A stretch of 64,000 nucleotides of DNA from Amoebidium appalachense (GCA_963693365.1 CAVNZM010000011.1:4224639-4288638); one strand, 5' to 3'; shown: positions 1 to 39,064, numbered from the stretch's first letter. Program-made: numbers and translations. The notes: generated by a model not told the origin, from the letters alone.

Positions 1-378
1 CCCCCCCCCCCCCCCCCCCCCACACTCACCTCTCCGCCCCAACACACATACAAACGCACACACGCACACACGCACACACACACGCACACACACACACACA
101 CACCCAACCTACCCGACCCCACCCAACTTCAACCAACCCAGTCCGACCAACCGCCGAAACCTGTTTTGCATCACCTATGCCTAGGCGCACTGTTATGCAT
201 TAACCCACCAAGAAACTAGGGGGGTTGACACATGCTTGGGAACTGGTGAACCCACACTGCAAGTAAGTAGTTGAGGGGTAATGGGCTATTTGTATGCAAG
301 AGAGGGGGGATTATGCATTAGAGAGTTGGATAAACGAAAGCATACTCAAACAGAGGCTGGCAAAAAATGAAAGCTGTT

Positions 379-418
<40 letters not shown>

Positions 419-3308
419 CACACGCACACACACACACATCCTGTGCGCACACAAATACTCGTGCACAAATTGCGATAGATGTGTCAATGCAATACTTGCA
501 TCCCCACACGTAGCCCCTCGAGATCCAATTGTAAACACCCCCAAAAAGCGACCAGATTGGTTTCAGTGCAGACCACACAAGCTGTTATACAACCCGTAAT
601 CACACGTACATACATAATACTACACTCAAACACTTCTAACGGCGCGAATTTACACGCGGATATACTCAAACATACACCGTTGCTGCAACAACACAGACAC
701 AGGCTCACTCACCAACAAGCGAGACTAGGCACACCTACATGTGCACTAGCTTGTGGCATAGAGAGGGCAAAATGCAGCAGTTATAAAAGCTACAATAGCA
801 CAAAAACAGGAAGAGAAAGGGTGCCTCCGCACGCACAGCCTCGCACTCAAAAGTAGAGATACTTGCAAACGCGCACAAATGCACACACACACACGTACAC
901 ACAAAAGCGATATAGATGCACGTTGCCCTCACACACGTGTGAACACAAAATGCACACACACGGACACCTACCGTAAGTGTTTGGTTCGGAGGCATCTTCT
1001 TAGCACGGCTGCTCCGACCACCCGAAAACAAAGAGGTTTCCATCACAAGAAGGCATCGGCGTAAATAAAAGCATGCAAACAAAGGGAAAAAGTGCACTGC
1101 TATGTAAAACCAACAAGTATGATGGTCGGGCTTTACAACTTCTCCAACCGTTGAAAAATGTACATCAGATAATTAAAGCTATATGGTCAATGTGATGTTG
1201 GGAAATTTAAAAAACATGCCATTCACCCGATCGCTTGGAGCTCACCGAGAGGATTTATGCGGCACTCGGCATAACCAAGTTTTAAGAAAAACAGAATGAA
1301 GCTGAGGCATACGAACAATAAGTAAATAGTAACGTGAAAAACTGAGGGAGCCTGGGCAAGGAAAAACACAGCAACGCCTACGCAAGTATCATGTACCTAG
1401 GCCTATACATGTAGGGCACCCTGTAGATCCGAGGTATATTACAGTATAGCGCCTACCCCGTGAAGTTATGCTCTGTATAACTTATACCAACTGTGCAGCT
1501 ATACAATAAACAAATACAGCTTTTTTCGCGCAAGAAACTGGTAGTAGGGGATTGATACTATTGAATCCGCTATACTTTAACCTAGGATGCATTTTTATTT
1601 CAGATCTGACGGCGTATGGTGATTGGCCAAAGGGCTATAGTTCCTCCAATAGGAACGTGGAAACTTACCTCTTATACTCCTCCGGTCCGGCGAAAAAAAT
1701 TCAACCAGGCCGTTGCCTCCGCCAAAGCCGCTGATATGAGGTGAGAGTAATGAGTTGGAAAGGACATGCTCATTTGTGCTGTTGTAATTATACAGTTCAG
1801 TTTTCCAGATGCTAACTCTAGTTGGTGTCCTGAGAGGAACACCCGGGCAGGCTAGAAGTGTCTGGCAATAGTACAGCCTGTTGTTTGAAGCCTTGGGATA
1901 ACTGGACTTTCGAGAGACATACTACCCATAGTTATGATTATGATACTTTGAAATATGAGATCTTAATATTTATGCATTCATTTATTGCCACAATGTCTGA
2001 GTAGTTCAATATAGTTATATTTTTTATATTTTGATAAAAAGGGAAGCAATATGAATAATATCATGATCTTGTGGCTACTTGCTACTAGTACTTGCTACTT
2101 CAGATAACTTGTTCCATGATGATTTTGCACGAGATATTCTTCTTTGCTGTGATCTAGGGGCCAAGACAGGCCCAGGGATTGAATTACGACCCAAGAAATC
2201 GTCATATTTACGATTAAGCCACCAGGGGGTCAAAACGAATAACGCTGTGAGGTGCTGTATTGGTTTTTCGTAGCAGTGAAGTAGGGCACGATAGTATATT
2301 TTGGTGTTTTTCATACAAAAATGGGTGTTTTCAAAGGTAAAAGGTGGTCAGGTCGTTATTTTGGCACTCCAGAGCGGAATATGAAGCCCTGTTTTGTCTC
2401 TCAGGGTGTGTAATTGCTAAGGAAGTGTAGAATTAATTGAAATGAGTCGTCAATTTTAATAACCTAGGGGGTCTAAACGGGTCGTAAATCTTTTGACTCG
2501 GTTTTCATCCGTTGATGCCCAACGTGCAGCCACAGGCTACATAACCACCAATAGAACTGAAAAAGCCAAAGCTACGAAATAAAAATAAAGCGACAAGTGA
2601 CAAAGGACACCAGCGGGCAAAACCTTAAGTGTACGTGTATGCGTAAAAATAGTTTGCTCCAACAAGTCATGTGCATCGATGTTGACCAGACCACACTCCG
2701 CAAGAAGACATCATTACTGCTGCTTCCCAACAGGCCCCCCTCAAAACCTACCGAGGCACAGCAAGCAAGTCAGCCTCTAAAAGAGCAATGCAGACCAAAT
2801 CTGAGCTAAAAAACAATCCCAACGGGCCCGGCCCCTAGATAACCTGGAGAAACTGCATCTAGCTCTCTGATAAGGTGGCCTAGTTGTGGCAGGACACACA
2901 GAAAAACACAATTACAGAATGCATGCAAGCAGACCCGGTCATTGCCATACGACTGGAGGCTAAGGTCGTAAATCAAACGAACCCCGCCAATACGATTTAC
3001 AAATCTCGACAAAACGATTTCGTGTAAGGTAAAACGGGTAGCGCATTCAAAACCCCACAACCCCTGGACATGCCCAAAATTCCGCTCCGTTTGCGCAAAC
3101 AACGTTGTGGCTTTTCGATCCACCGTTACAAGGCTTATAGCTCATACACACACGAGCTTTCAAGCAACCAAGCAAAGTCGAAGGTGACCCAAGAGTCAAG
3201 ACATATGTATGTAGCCACACGTGCATATGTGGTGCTTAGGCTTTTAGAGGTTCAACCGGTGGCGGCTGGACTAATTTGAGTAAACGGTTTTTATGTATAG
3301 ATGCAGAG

Positions 3309-21663
<18,355 letters not shown>

Positions 21664-22776
21664 GGTCATCGCATGCCTCGGAAACTCTCTCTATATCACA
21701 CCACTGGGTCCGTCTCCCATGAATGGAAATGTGTGCGGGGGAAGGCCTGGGTTAATTATGCCTTGAATAATTCCATCATCTCTTCGAATATTCCTCCTTA
21801 ATCTCCACCTGATCTCAACAGAACGTTGGTGTGCAAAGCCCATCCAGCAAGTGGTTCAGATCTCAAGGAATCGGAGCCACCCTCGAGGCTCAGAATGCAT
21901 GCAGCGGCATGCGGAATACGTAGATTTTTAAATGCATGAATATGATTTTAGTTATGAATGTAACAGTTGTGATAGCATTATTATGACGGTTTTATGATAA
22001 TGGTATCGCATGCGCATACTATTTTTTTCGCCGCAACCGGGATGCATCAAACATTCATGATCGTAATATTACGTATACTCAGTGAGCTATTGCATTGCTT
22101 TCTGTATCGATCTCGGCATGCCCACCACCACTCACCTTAATTACTGTACGGAGTAATTAGTTGAGCATGAATACTAGTGTATGCACCATAACGGCAAATT
22201 TAAGCATGTGCATACTTAAATTTTTTTTATATAATAATGGATTTTATTTCGATGGGGGGCTCAGATCTGACAGGGTTAAGAATGGATATATAGTACAGTT
22301 ACCATGGACACAACGAGATAGTCGCTGAGATAGCTTCACCGGATATCCAACGAGAATACCAAAAAAAAATTGCATGAGGACCTTATGCATACGTTGTACA
22401 CCCAATATTATACTGGTGTAATTACAATGCATTTGGCGAAGCGATATTGTTATGTCAATACCACAACAGTCGAGAATGGAATAATCGTACGCCTACATAC
22501 ACGCAGCAAGCGCTAGCGTGAATAAATAAAACTCAAGGCTCCACGGCCGGTGTGCACATGTACACGTGCTACTATGACATAGTGGCCGTGGACTTTACAT
22601 GACCAACTTCTCTTGTGGGCGGACCATACATGCATGGTCAACTGAGTTTGATAGCTGGCGAGCTGCATGCATGAACATATGCATTGTGTCCGTTTGATAA
22701 GCTCGGCGTGTCACCCACACACTGTATCTGGTGGGAGCCTTCCACTCGTGCGTGTATTGGGGGGGGGGGGGGGGGG

Positions 22777-22925
22777 GTTTTGAATGCGGAACACAGTACG
22801 AAGTACGCATACACGATGAGAAGCATGGTGCAGGACACATGCAAAGGCAAACATTCAAGTATGCAGCATCAGCCATGCGCACAGTATGCGTCATAAGCAG
22901 AGCCCATCCTCAGGGAGGGCCCAAG
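22777..22925 (-). mobile_element. 5'-truncated copy, subfamily alpha
   Basis: Near-identical to 50281-50428 and flanked by G runs on both sides. Confidence 0.88.
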
Positions 22926-23257
22926 GGGGGATTGGTTGTGGACTGCCGGCATGAACACGACCTTGTCCACATGGCACGCTGTCTTTGTAATGGAAAATGC
23001 GCAAAACAGTTGCCTGGCAGTGCGTGAAGCGTTTGAACGGGAGGGTGTGCCCGGGTTTGTGTATGGTGTGTGTGTGTGTGAGAGCGAGTGAGCGAGTGAG
23101 TGAGTGAGTGTGTCTGTGTGTCTGTGTTTTGGGGGGGGGGGGGGGGGGGGCACAAATGATGCACAACAGGTTCTGAATCGGGTCATAGATTCAGCTAGGC
23201 GGACAGCGCCAGCTTGAGTTATTTTCTAGTCCGCAAACTCGCCCCAGAAGGGTTTAT

Positions 23258-24094
23258 TTAACGGGTGCTCTTGCGCACGGACTTGGTGGCCTCCTCGGCC
23301 TTGGGCACAGCCTCGGCCTGCTCGGCAACAACCAGCTCGATGTGGCAGGGGCTGGACATGTACGCTGGGGGGGGGGGGGTTCCGATGTCAGAATTTGCCC
23401 AATTTTCATCAGTGCTTTTTTTTTTTTTTGGAAAGAAAGGGGATCCGGACGATTTCGCAAGATGCATAATGTGTGCATTCTGTGCAGGCTCAGAAAAAAG
23501 TGATTGCCGTGTAGTTTTCACATGTTGCATATGTGAAAATGGCTTACCATGAGGGATTCCAAGTGAAAAAATGTATTACTCGGTTTGTGCAAGTGTGCAT
23601 GTGTTCACGGAAGACCCCAAACTATTTTACACCAAAATGTTGTCTGATGTGCGCTTGCCATCACATGGAAGACCCCGTACGAATGGCATAAACATTGCAT
23701 GTTGTATGTTTGATATCAATCGGCAAAGAAGACACGGAATCAAAAATCTAGAATTACCAGAAAAACAAGGGAAAGAGCACAAGAAAACGCGCAAAGACAT
23801 AACAGCCCGTGGTGTGTTTGCATACGGTATGTGGACGGTGTGTGGTGCCCATGCAGGATGGCACAGTCGAGCACGTGTGTGCATGGATAAACGACCCAAA
23901 CATGCCTATGTACAATCAAACAATCCAAAAGGTGCATGCACAAAAAGGAAAGGGCTCCGCAAAGACAATCGAAACAATGTGTGAACAAGTACGTGGTAAT
24001 CTTGGGAGCAGAAAAACCATGCAGAAGGTATAACTGAACGATGAACAACCGACACCCATTGACAAACAGACGAGAAAACGCCACACAGTATACC

Positions 24095-24125
<31 letters not shown>

Positions 24126-24529
24126 ACACACAACCCCACGCACACAAGTTTACAACCACACAACACACGCGAGTATGCATGAATGCACGTATCCACGGCC
24201 ACGTGTGTACCCACACAAACACGTGCACAATACGCCGTTCATGCCAACCACCACAATTAGGCCAGGAGCAAGACCGCAATATTCCGTTTTACTCTTGAAT
24301 GTACGTGAGCTACAAGGAGCAAGGCACGATGATGTGTGGGGTGATGATGGCACACATGTTGTTGGTATGTAGAAAACATAGCTATGGCGCAGATACATGT
24401 GTGCATGTGGTGTGTGGACACAACATACATATTCGTGTGCATGCCATCACATGAGGATGACCAAGCACAACCATGGATGTGACATTCTACACATTGGCGA
24501 GGGTGAAGGGGAAGTGGGAAAAAGGAGGA

Positions 24530-24562
<33 letters not shown>

Positions 24563-25062
24563 TGCCGAAGAACAAAAAAACAGGGACAGGAAAGGGATGG
24601 AGTGAAAGAAAGTGGTACACGGTGCAAGGTGTAATTTCAACGCATATAACAATGCACACGAATGCAAGTATGCCGATCCTCGAAAATAGCACATCAGTTA
24701 TTTACAGAAACCATGTTTTCACGTGTGGAGGAGGGTGGGAGGGTGGGAGGGTGGGTGGGTGGGGTGGGGGTGGGGTGGGGTGGGGGGGGGGGGGGTAGAT
24801 GCGATTATGAGTTACACAGCCTCACAGTACACACGATGCACACAAAAATAAACGCATACACAACACACACACACATACACGGTTAACATGTGCTCTAGCA
24901 CAACCACACCATCATGTACAAAATTGCAAAGTGTGGCTGATAGGTAAACGTGGAGGGATGCATGTTCGTAGTATTATACAAAAAGATGAAGGGAGTGGCA
25001 GCATAGGGTGGGCGAACATGTAGCAGGTCATGTACAATACCCCGATATTAGGAGGGGGGGAA

Positions 25063-25100
<38 letters not shown>

Positions 25101-27412
25101 TGCAAAAGCAAGCGCAGGGCGGGTAAACAATAATGGTTGAAGTAAAAAAGAAGTTTGGGGGTGAACTTACGGTTGATGCGACCGTGGGCACGGTACGTGC
25201 GGCGGCGCATGTGGGGGGCGCGGTTGACCTGCACCACATGCACATGTCAGCACACACACACACACACACATCCACCTACCAGCACCATGCAACCCATCAC
25301 CACCACACAGGCACAGAGCCAGAGGATGCAGACACATGAACAATTGAACCTGACGTGCAACGCGGACATTCATTTGCGCTTTGCACCTGCTACTTCCGAA
25401 AGCCCTTTGACCACTCTCCATGCAAACAAACACCTACACCTCCTCCGTCCACGCGCACACGCACACACAAGAACACACACAGATATACAGAGCTCCACGT
25501 ACCCACGAACACACACCCATACCCACACGCCGACACGCGCGCACACATAACACGCGCACACACACACCTGGATGTGTGCAATCTTGAGGTTGTCCACCTT
25601 CAGGCCCTTGGCCTCGGCATTGCTCTCGACGTTCTTGAGCAGGTCAAGGAGGAAGGCGCAAGACTTGACGGGCCAGCGACCCTAAACAACCCAACACGAC
25701 CCGAATTAGACAATAATTCGACCCGAATAATTCAAATACATCCCAAACAAATATGATTTCCGACACAAATAGCAACCATAGCCGACCTGCATCCGACCCA
25801 TAACCAGACCCCGTGGCCTAAATCCCGTACGGCCAATCCGAGAAGCAGCTATCCCCTGCCTCTGGTCGCGGCACTTCCCCACATGTCTGCACAGCACCGA
25901 CGCCGTGCAATGCTGGGTCGAAGATACCACCCATAACCCTCTCTCAGGCCATCCATTCACACCTGCAGCCATGCCCCGTGCTGGCTAAATCCGACCACTT
26001 TGTCAACTTATCCACCAGCCCAAGCAATTCCTCATAACTGCTTCCCATCCATCTCCGACCACATCTCGTGCCCACCAGGGCCACTTCAAACGCCTGAACC
26101 GCTTTGACCTAGATTTGATCACATACTCCGTCTCCACCCGTCGTCCCATACCTCCCCTCGCACACCGACGAAGTCGCACTCTCTCGCAGGCCCACCCACC
26201 CACAAACACTAATCCCGCCACTGCCCCTCCTCTATCCCACTCACAGGCTCCATCCGCCACCAAACCAACCAAGTACACCCCTCCCTCCCCCCCCCTAACG
26301 CATCTGGCAGGTCTTGCACTCCGTGCACCCACCCTCACATTCATCCCCTTTCAACCCCTCCTCCATCCACGCACACAACCCATCCGTCACACACACACAC
26401 TCACCTGGCAGGTCTTGAACTCCGTGCACTGGGCCTTGCGGCCGACATCGCCCTTGAAGCGGCGGAAGGGCACGATGCGCTTCTTGTCCTGCACCTGCTT
26501 GAGGTAGGCCATGGCCGACTGCAGGTTCATCCCGCTGATGGCCTGGGCCGTCTCCCGCGTGTTCTTGAAGTGCACGCGCAGGTGCGACCCACGCGCCTTG
26601 GCGCCTAACAGCCCGAGTGTTGAGAGAAAGAAAAGGGGGGGGGGGGGGGGGGGGGGGGGGGGGAGAGAACTCGTCGTACACACACACAGGCATGGCTGTT
26701 GCACATGCATCCAGCAGCATAAACATGCTGGGCCAAAAAGGTGTTCTTATGTATTGAAGCATAAAACTGTGCCCAATATTCCCCATTCTGAGTAGCTCCT
26801 ACCCTCCTCCGAGCCCCCCCCCCCCCCCCAAAAAAAATAAAAACACCCGCCCAAACCTCCACATACACCTTCGCGCTAAAATAGCTCCCTCCCCTTTCCC
26901 CCTCATCCATCCCCTGTAAACATGCCCGTACACATGGCAACAAAAAACACGCAGATGTTACTTTAGACTTCTTATGACCAACTGCCCACCCTGTAGCACT
27001 GCCTGTGAATGAAAACCTAAACACGTGCACGAACACACACACACACACACACACACACAGACCCCTGCACAAACACAACGGCATTGCAGCTACAAGCTTC
27101 TGACACAACAGTGCTTCTTCGATAAAGCCATGCAGACTTCACCTCTGAGCACAACGAAACAAAAGAGAAAATGCAACTACATACCCTTTGCAGGTGTTCA
27201 AAATATCTACGCACCCACCAGCTCAACAACCATGACATTCACCCACAAACAGAAGCATCCAGCACACAACCACGCAGCGTCCATAGGTGTGTTGTACACG
27301 CGTGCACACTCAAGCACGCACGCGCGCACACGCACACACACAACACACACGCACAAAAAGAAAACTTACTCTTGGTGCCGTCGAACTCCTGAGTGGTGGC
27401 GTAGCGAACCAT
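23258..27412 (-). CDS. RPL17: 60S ribosomal protein L17 (uL22), 5 coding exons, 173 aa
   Basis: Exons 27370-27412 ([14 protein letters not shown]), 26405-26604 ([20 protein letters not shown]...), 25568-25681 ([23 protein letters not shown]), 25171-25228 ([19 protein letters not shown]), 23258-23364 ([11 protein letters not shown]...STR*). Phases are consistent and total 522 nt. Confidence 0.98.
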
Positions 27413-28117
27413 TTTTGCTGTCCTTCACCTGTTCCCACCCCACCACTATCAATATGTGCCGATCCTCAAAAGCCTTCTCCACGCAGAGCATGGCTTTGCA
27501 GCTATCGGCCATACAGGAAACTATATGCTTCGCTCGTGCAATCCAGAAACAGTGATGATGTAACGGAAAGCCGTAGCTGTTTTATTGCATATTACAGTAA
27601 CTCAGAAAAATGATGGATGTTGCTTAACTAAAAAATAGTATATTGTGTATTTACACACGACGATATTGAATAAGCATACTCCGGGCCATCCTCTGACTCC
27701 CTCCATGTTATCCTCTGTGTTGCACACGAGCTCATGTTATCCTCCATGTTGCACACGAGCTCATGTGCATAGGCCGCTCATTCCCCGTTGGCAGCAGTCC
27801 CTGTCGTATCATACGCGATGTACAATCATTTTCAGCATTCCCTGTATTCTGAAAGGCAGCTTTGCGTCCCTCCCCGCACTGATGTGTGTCATGCCTGCCT
27901 GAACATGATCCCATCACCGACCACTACATGTTGGTATAGCGTAGCACTTCGCCGTATAACCGCTGATTTCCCCCTATTTCAACCGGGGAAAGCCCTGAAA
28001 AAAACAACCACCATAGTTCCGAGGTAAAAACTGGTTCACGCTATTTTTTTCCCCCCTAATCTCTCGCTCAAAGGTTGTCATGCTCACACTCGTTTTTCCG
28101 TTCCCTTCCCGACTTAC

Positions 28118-28152
28118 CAGACAGGCCAGGGAGGGAAAAGGGCAGAGGCAGG
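28118..28152 (-). promoter_or_regulatory. Probable non-coding first exon of RPL17 with a pyrimidine-rich (5'TOP-like) start
   Basis: The minus strand reads CCTGCCTCTGCCCTTTTCCCTCCCTGGCCTGTCTG|gtaagt (canonical donor). A matching acceptor (gggaacag) lies just upstream of the RPL17 ATG at ~27430. Confidence 0.6.
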
Positions 28153-30138
28153 GACATGTGTGTGTTCATCTACCATCGAGCCCCCCCAGAGTTATGCGCA
28201 CCCCTGAAATTGCAGATCGCTACCACGTGGATGTAGCTAAATTGAACCAATAGAGCGCTTTGATTGGTTGCTGGCTGTTCAGGTAGGTCTTAATTCCGGC
28301 CACTATATAAATGGCTGCACAGCTCATTTTTCACCGTGACACTCGATGTTTTTTACTATTGTTTTTCGGGGAGAAACGTTGTGTGTGAATCTGTATATAT
28401 TCGTGCGCAAATATATATGTATTGATAATATTGCTCGTGCAGCGTAGCCTTTTTTTTTCTTTTTTTTTTTAAAAAAAAACATTGCAACACAGCCTTTTTT
28501 TTTAACCAACCAATTGAAGACAGGGGTGTTTTTTAGTAGGTGATCAGGTGCGCAAATGTAAACATCAGCATGAGGCTGAGGACACATTTCATACCAAGCA
28601 AGACTAGAACACTGGTTGTCGATTGGTTGTTTCTCTAGAACGAGAGAAGGAGTGTATATGTATGTGGTGCGTGTGTTCGTGTATTTCCGATGTTTGGAGA
28701 TATTACAGATGCAACCTATGCATTCCACTTGGATTCGTTATGAGGATGTTGAGAGAGCCACCTTCTCGGGCGCCAATTGGTGGTTGCAATATATAATTTC
28801 ATAACGATGAAGCTCATGGGAGTGGAGTGCAAAACAAAATCTGTCTCAGGGGCAGCTTTTGAGCACTTCTTGTTTAATTAATGAAGTGTCTTTTGCATGT
28901 CGACTTGCATGCTTGAATAGAACATAGGACACGACAGACACACGCACACACACACACACACATTCACACTCACGCACACACTTGTAGGGGTAGATGTAGG
29001 GGTATCTTATTGAATTTATGTGTTTGGGTTCGAGCACCTTGCTTGCCAGCGAGCATATACCACTCTTCTCGCCGGCATTCTTGATAACACTTCACCGTGA
29101 ATCTGAACTTACCTCTTCACACTTTTTGTGACTTTCCATTTGCATGACCTGGTGCCGACATTGTCCCTTTCCCTTTCCCAACTCACTCGGTAACCCTCTT
29201 TTAGCCATACGTGTACAACCAGTGAAATACGCATACTTGAAACCACCCTCTCTTCCCCCCCCCCCCCCCCCCCCCCCCCAACAACAACAACAACATGCAC
29301 TCAGTGTTTTTGGCTTTGACAATGTACTAGCTGACAACCCGTCCTCTCCCTCCTGAGGCTCTCTCTCTCTCTCCCCTCCCTCCCCCTTCCCCCATACCCC
29401 TCGTCACCCGTCGCCCTGTGCACCTGTAATCACGTGCACCCACCCACGATTGAGTGGGGCCTGCCTCAAGGTATAACAAGGCACAGCCGTGTGTGAAGAC
29501 CGTTTGTTCGTGCACGTGTGAACACGGGGGGAGAGGGGGAAAAGGACAATACTCCTCTCCTCCACCCCCTCTCCTCCCTCGCTTCCCCCTCCCCCCTCCC
29601 TTTTTTACCACCACCGAGCAAGTATCATAAGCAGACACTGACCACAAAGTTACTTTTTTTTTTTGTGTATATTTTTTGTAAAACCTTTTTTTTTTTGCGC
29701 GCCAAACCTTCCCGCCAAAAATTCTATACTTGGCTAGTTGTGCGATCGCGTGCAAATTATTGGTCCATTCATGTTCCCCCCCCCCCCCCCACTTTTTTAG
29801 TTTTTTATCAAAAAAAAACTTGCGCGACAATATTTGGTGACGTATTGTTGTGTTGAAGGTAGCGTACTAAAAAAGATAAGATCCCCATTGCTTCCCCCCC
29901 CCCCTCCTCTCCCCCTTCCCCCCTTTCCCTCCCTCAAAACACGCACAAAAAAAATGGAGGGGAAATAATGAATGCTTATGAAAAAGGAGAAATAAAAAAG
30001 AAAAGAAAAGGCCCTTTTCTCCCCCACCAATATCAAAAAAAAAAAAAAAAAAAAAAAAAAAAGAAAGAAAAAAAAAGAAAAAAATACAATAAATGATAGA
30101 ATTGAGGAGGGGTGGGGGGGGTGGTGGTGGTGGTGTGT

Positions 30139-30187
<49 letters not shown>

Positions 30188-30319
30188 CTGGAGTGTGTGC
30201 CCGACAAAACCCAGGACGACTCAGCGGCAGAAATTCGAATTCATAGTGAAAAGGCAATTGGAGCATGTAGCGTGTGCACACCAGATCTATCTGGTGGTGG
30301 TGGTGGTGGTGTGTGTGTT

Positions 30320-30352
<33 letters not shown>

Positions 30353-30805
30353 ATGAGGCAGTACTACAAACTACCATTTCGTACTCTAGGGATATGTGTC
30401 ACAATGTGCTCAATATGCTCACATATAGGCTCAGTTTGCCATCTACTCAGAGCAACATTAACAGTTTATTTCACTGTATATATATGTGTGGATGCCGGAT
30501 GATAAATCATCATGATTTAGGGATTTGGCTTGAACTTGCTAGAGGGAAGAAAAACACAGGAATACATGCATGTGCGTCACTTAAATACCTGGTTAAACAA
30601 AATGATATATCCTCAAATATTCCGGTCGGAGTCCCCGGATCATTTTGCTGATTTATATTCAACATATCAGTGACACACTTTTAAACTCAAAATCTTAGGG
30701 AAGAAAAATCCGACCAGACATGGTCATGCATCGGATGGGATATACTGAGAACTTCAAGCCAACTTGCCCTGTGGCATGCTCCTATAGATTGTATACTCCG
30801 CTAAA

Positions 30806-36797
<5,992 letters not shown>

Positions 36798-37499
36798 TTT
36801 TCAGACTCAAACCTGCATGCCAAAAGAGTATGTTAGTAGCTGTTACAAAAATATTCCCCAAATGAAAAAACAAAAAAGGGGCTTACTGGTTAACAAGTCC
36901 TCGTGTTCCACACATGTGCATGTCAAGCAGGGGGAAAAAAATATTACTATACTGTAACAGTGCTAGTGTGGATAAGTTACGTTTGTTGTCGATAGCCAGA
37001 GCAGGCAGGCACAAGTTGGGAGTGACTAAAATGCGCCTCATAGTTATTGGGTCATTGTTGGAGGGTTAGAAAAGAGAGAGCTTGCAATTGCAGTCCATTT
37101 CCACACCTTGTCAAACAGAAAGAAAATCATTACAGTGTGGATATGGTTTACTCTTAAGCTTTCTGTCCATAGTCACGTGCACAGGCGACAGCACTTAACA
37201 GGCACATGTTGTTATGAGCACGACTTGTTGCGGCCATAATACAATATTTTGCTATTTAGAGGTTTTCTTTAGGGAGGAAAAGAAGAAACGACAAAACAAA
37301 AGGTAAAATCACCTTCTCACCCGTTTCCGTGGCACCAAAGGATGAGCTTTGTGGTGCTGTGTGGCGAATTTGTAATAGGTGTGGGGAGGAATGTGCTGCG
37401 GAATACTGTAGCTGAGACCCCCTGTATCTGTAAGACAATGGGGTTTATTAGCTCTTGGATGGTTCATATTTCGGAAATTTGGACAATGATACATTTGAA

Positions 37500-38732
37500 A
37501 ATTCAAGTTGTGTCCTCCTATGACTATTTAGGTATTCCTTTCACCTCTAAGGGTATTTGCTTTGAGCGCCTTTTTTTTTTTGACTTCGCGCATTTCCCGA
37601 GCGCGTGGTCGTTTACACATCTATCAAGGCATTTTCGCAAGTATTTCTGATGCCCATGCACACTACACTTTGAACAATCAACCTATCCCAGTTGTGTCCT
37701 CCTATGACTATTTAGGTATTCCTTTCACCTCTAAGAGTATTTGCTTTGAGCGCCTTTTGACTTCGCGCATGAAATTTCCCGTGCGTGTGGTCGTTTACAT
37801 CTATGTATCAAAGCATTTTCGCAAGCATTTCTAATGTCCATCCTGCTAATCTGCTCACTCTTAAGGTAAAGTTTTTCTTCGTCCATGTTTCGAAAATGGC
37901 CTCCCGTTACTCTTGTGTGCCCCTCCACGGCAACAGCGCGCGGCGCTTCGGAAATTCGATTCCTTTCAGCGTGAATTCATCCAGTTCATCACTCGGACCT
38001 CGCGTAGGCATCCTCTGGCGCTCCTTTGCTGAGTGTTTTTGGTCTCCCTCCGGCGAGTCAGCGCATGAATGAGTTAGGCCTTCGCTTTTGTTTTCTTTTG
38101 GTTAGGCTTCATTCTTAATATCATCCTTAAATTTGTTGCAATTCTTTCCTTCTTTAGACCCTACCCTGTTCCCATTTCTAATGTTCGTGCGAAATGTCCT
38201 CTACCCAATCTATCTCCCATTCAGAGATAATCCTTTAAATATTTGTCTCCTTTATTTTTCTCTTCCCCTATAGGCTATTTATCAGCAGTATGTTACTTGG
38301 TTTCATACTCAATATCCTTTGCTTTATCGTTGTGATAAAGAGTATTATGGTAGGACTCTTGAGCCTGTGCTTCTTTTTATATTAGAGACTCGTCTATCTT
38401 CTCTACAATCGTTATGTAAATTAGTTACTTATATTCATCCTTCCTCTCGTAAACCTACCACCCTTGCCGATTTTGCCATTCTAACCCCTTCGTGTGATAT
38501 TGCTTGGAAATGTTTATTTTGGCGTTGTAACCTTAGTTTCCATAAATGTTTGTGCCACTTTTGTGCAGAACCTTTTTCTCGCAAACATCTAGATATATGT
38601 ATTTATTTATCTCAGATTCTTCCGTTAGAGATTCGAAGACTCGCTTATTTAGATAATCCTGATGTTACTTCTATTGACTATCTGTTAAACCACCGTATGT
38701 TTAACGAGTTTTCTAGGGTGTATGATTATTGA
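37500..38732 (+). mobile_element. Degenerate, 5'-truncated LINE of the same clade (RT thumb plus C-terminal domain)
   Basis: PIPVVSSYDYLGIPF (RT end; compare PVPIVPEYKYLGVPV in the neighbouring ORF2) and YIHPSSR..LADFAI..WRCN..C..C..FSRKH..C..IDYLLN, colinear with the ORF2 C-terminus. Frameshifts and stops lie in between. A ~155-bp internal duplication is present (37504-37657 vs 37689-37841). Confidence 0.85.
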
Positions 38733-38991
38733 GTCGTTATCTCCTCCCTATCCGTGAGTAGGGGTTTTTGTATTTTCTTCTCTGAGATATCTGTGAGGGG
38801 TTTACGCTGTTTACTCGAGGCAAAGAGAACCAGTCTCAGGTATGGGGGGGGGGGTTTTGCTCGGAATATCCCCTCAGCGGTATATCATGATCACGTACAT
38901 AGATGTCGGGTGGTGACTATATATCAGGGTTTACTTTCTCTACGAGACACCATAAAGACTACAAGGAGAAATCAATTAGTTGGGGTTCCCC

Positions 38992-39032
<41 letters not shown>

Positions 39033-39064
39033 GGGCTCCCCTCGGGACACTCGGTATCAGCTGG

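Noticed and set aside
2181-2490. MITE bounded by GAATTACGACCC/GGGTCGTAAATC
   Set aside because: Only a 12-bp imperfect inverted repeat, with no TSD and no other copy.
23365-28117. Intronic snoRNAs in RPL17 (vertebrate RPL17 hosts SNORD58); TGATGA..CTGA at ~23412-23390 on minus
   Set aside because: The boxes are only 14 nt apart, with no terminal stem or convincing rRNA guide. snoscan/cmscan is needed.
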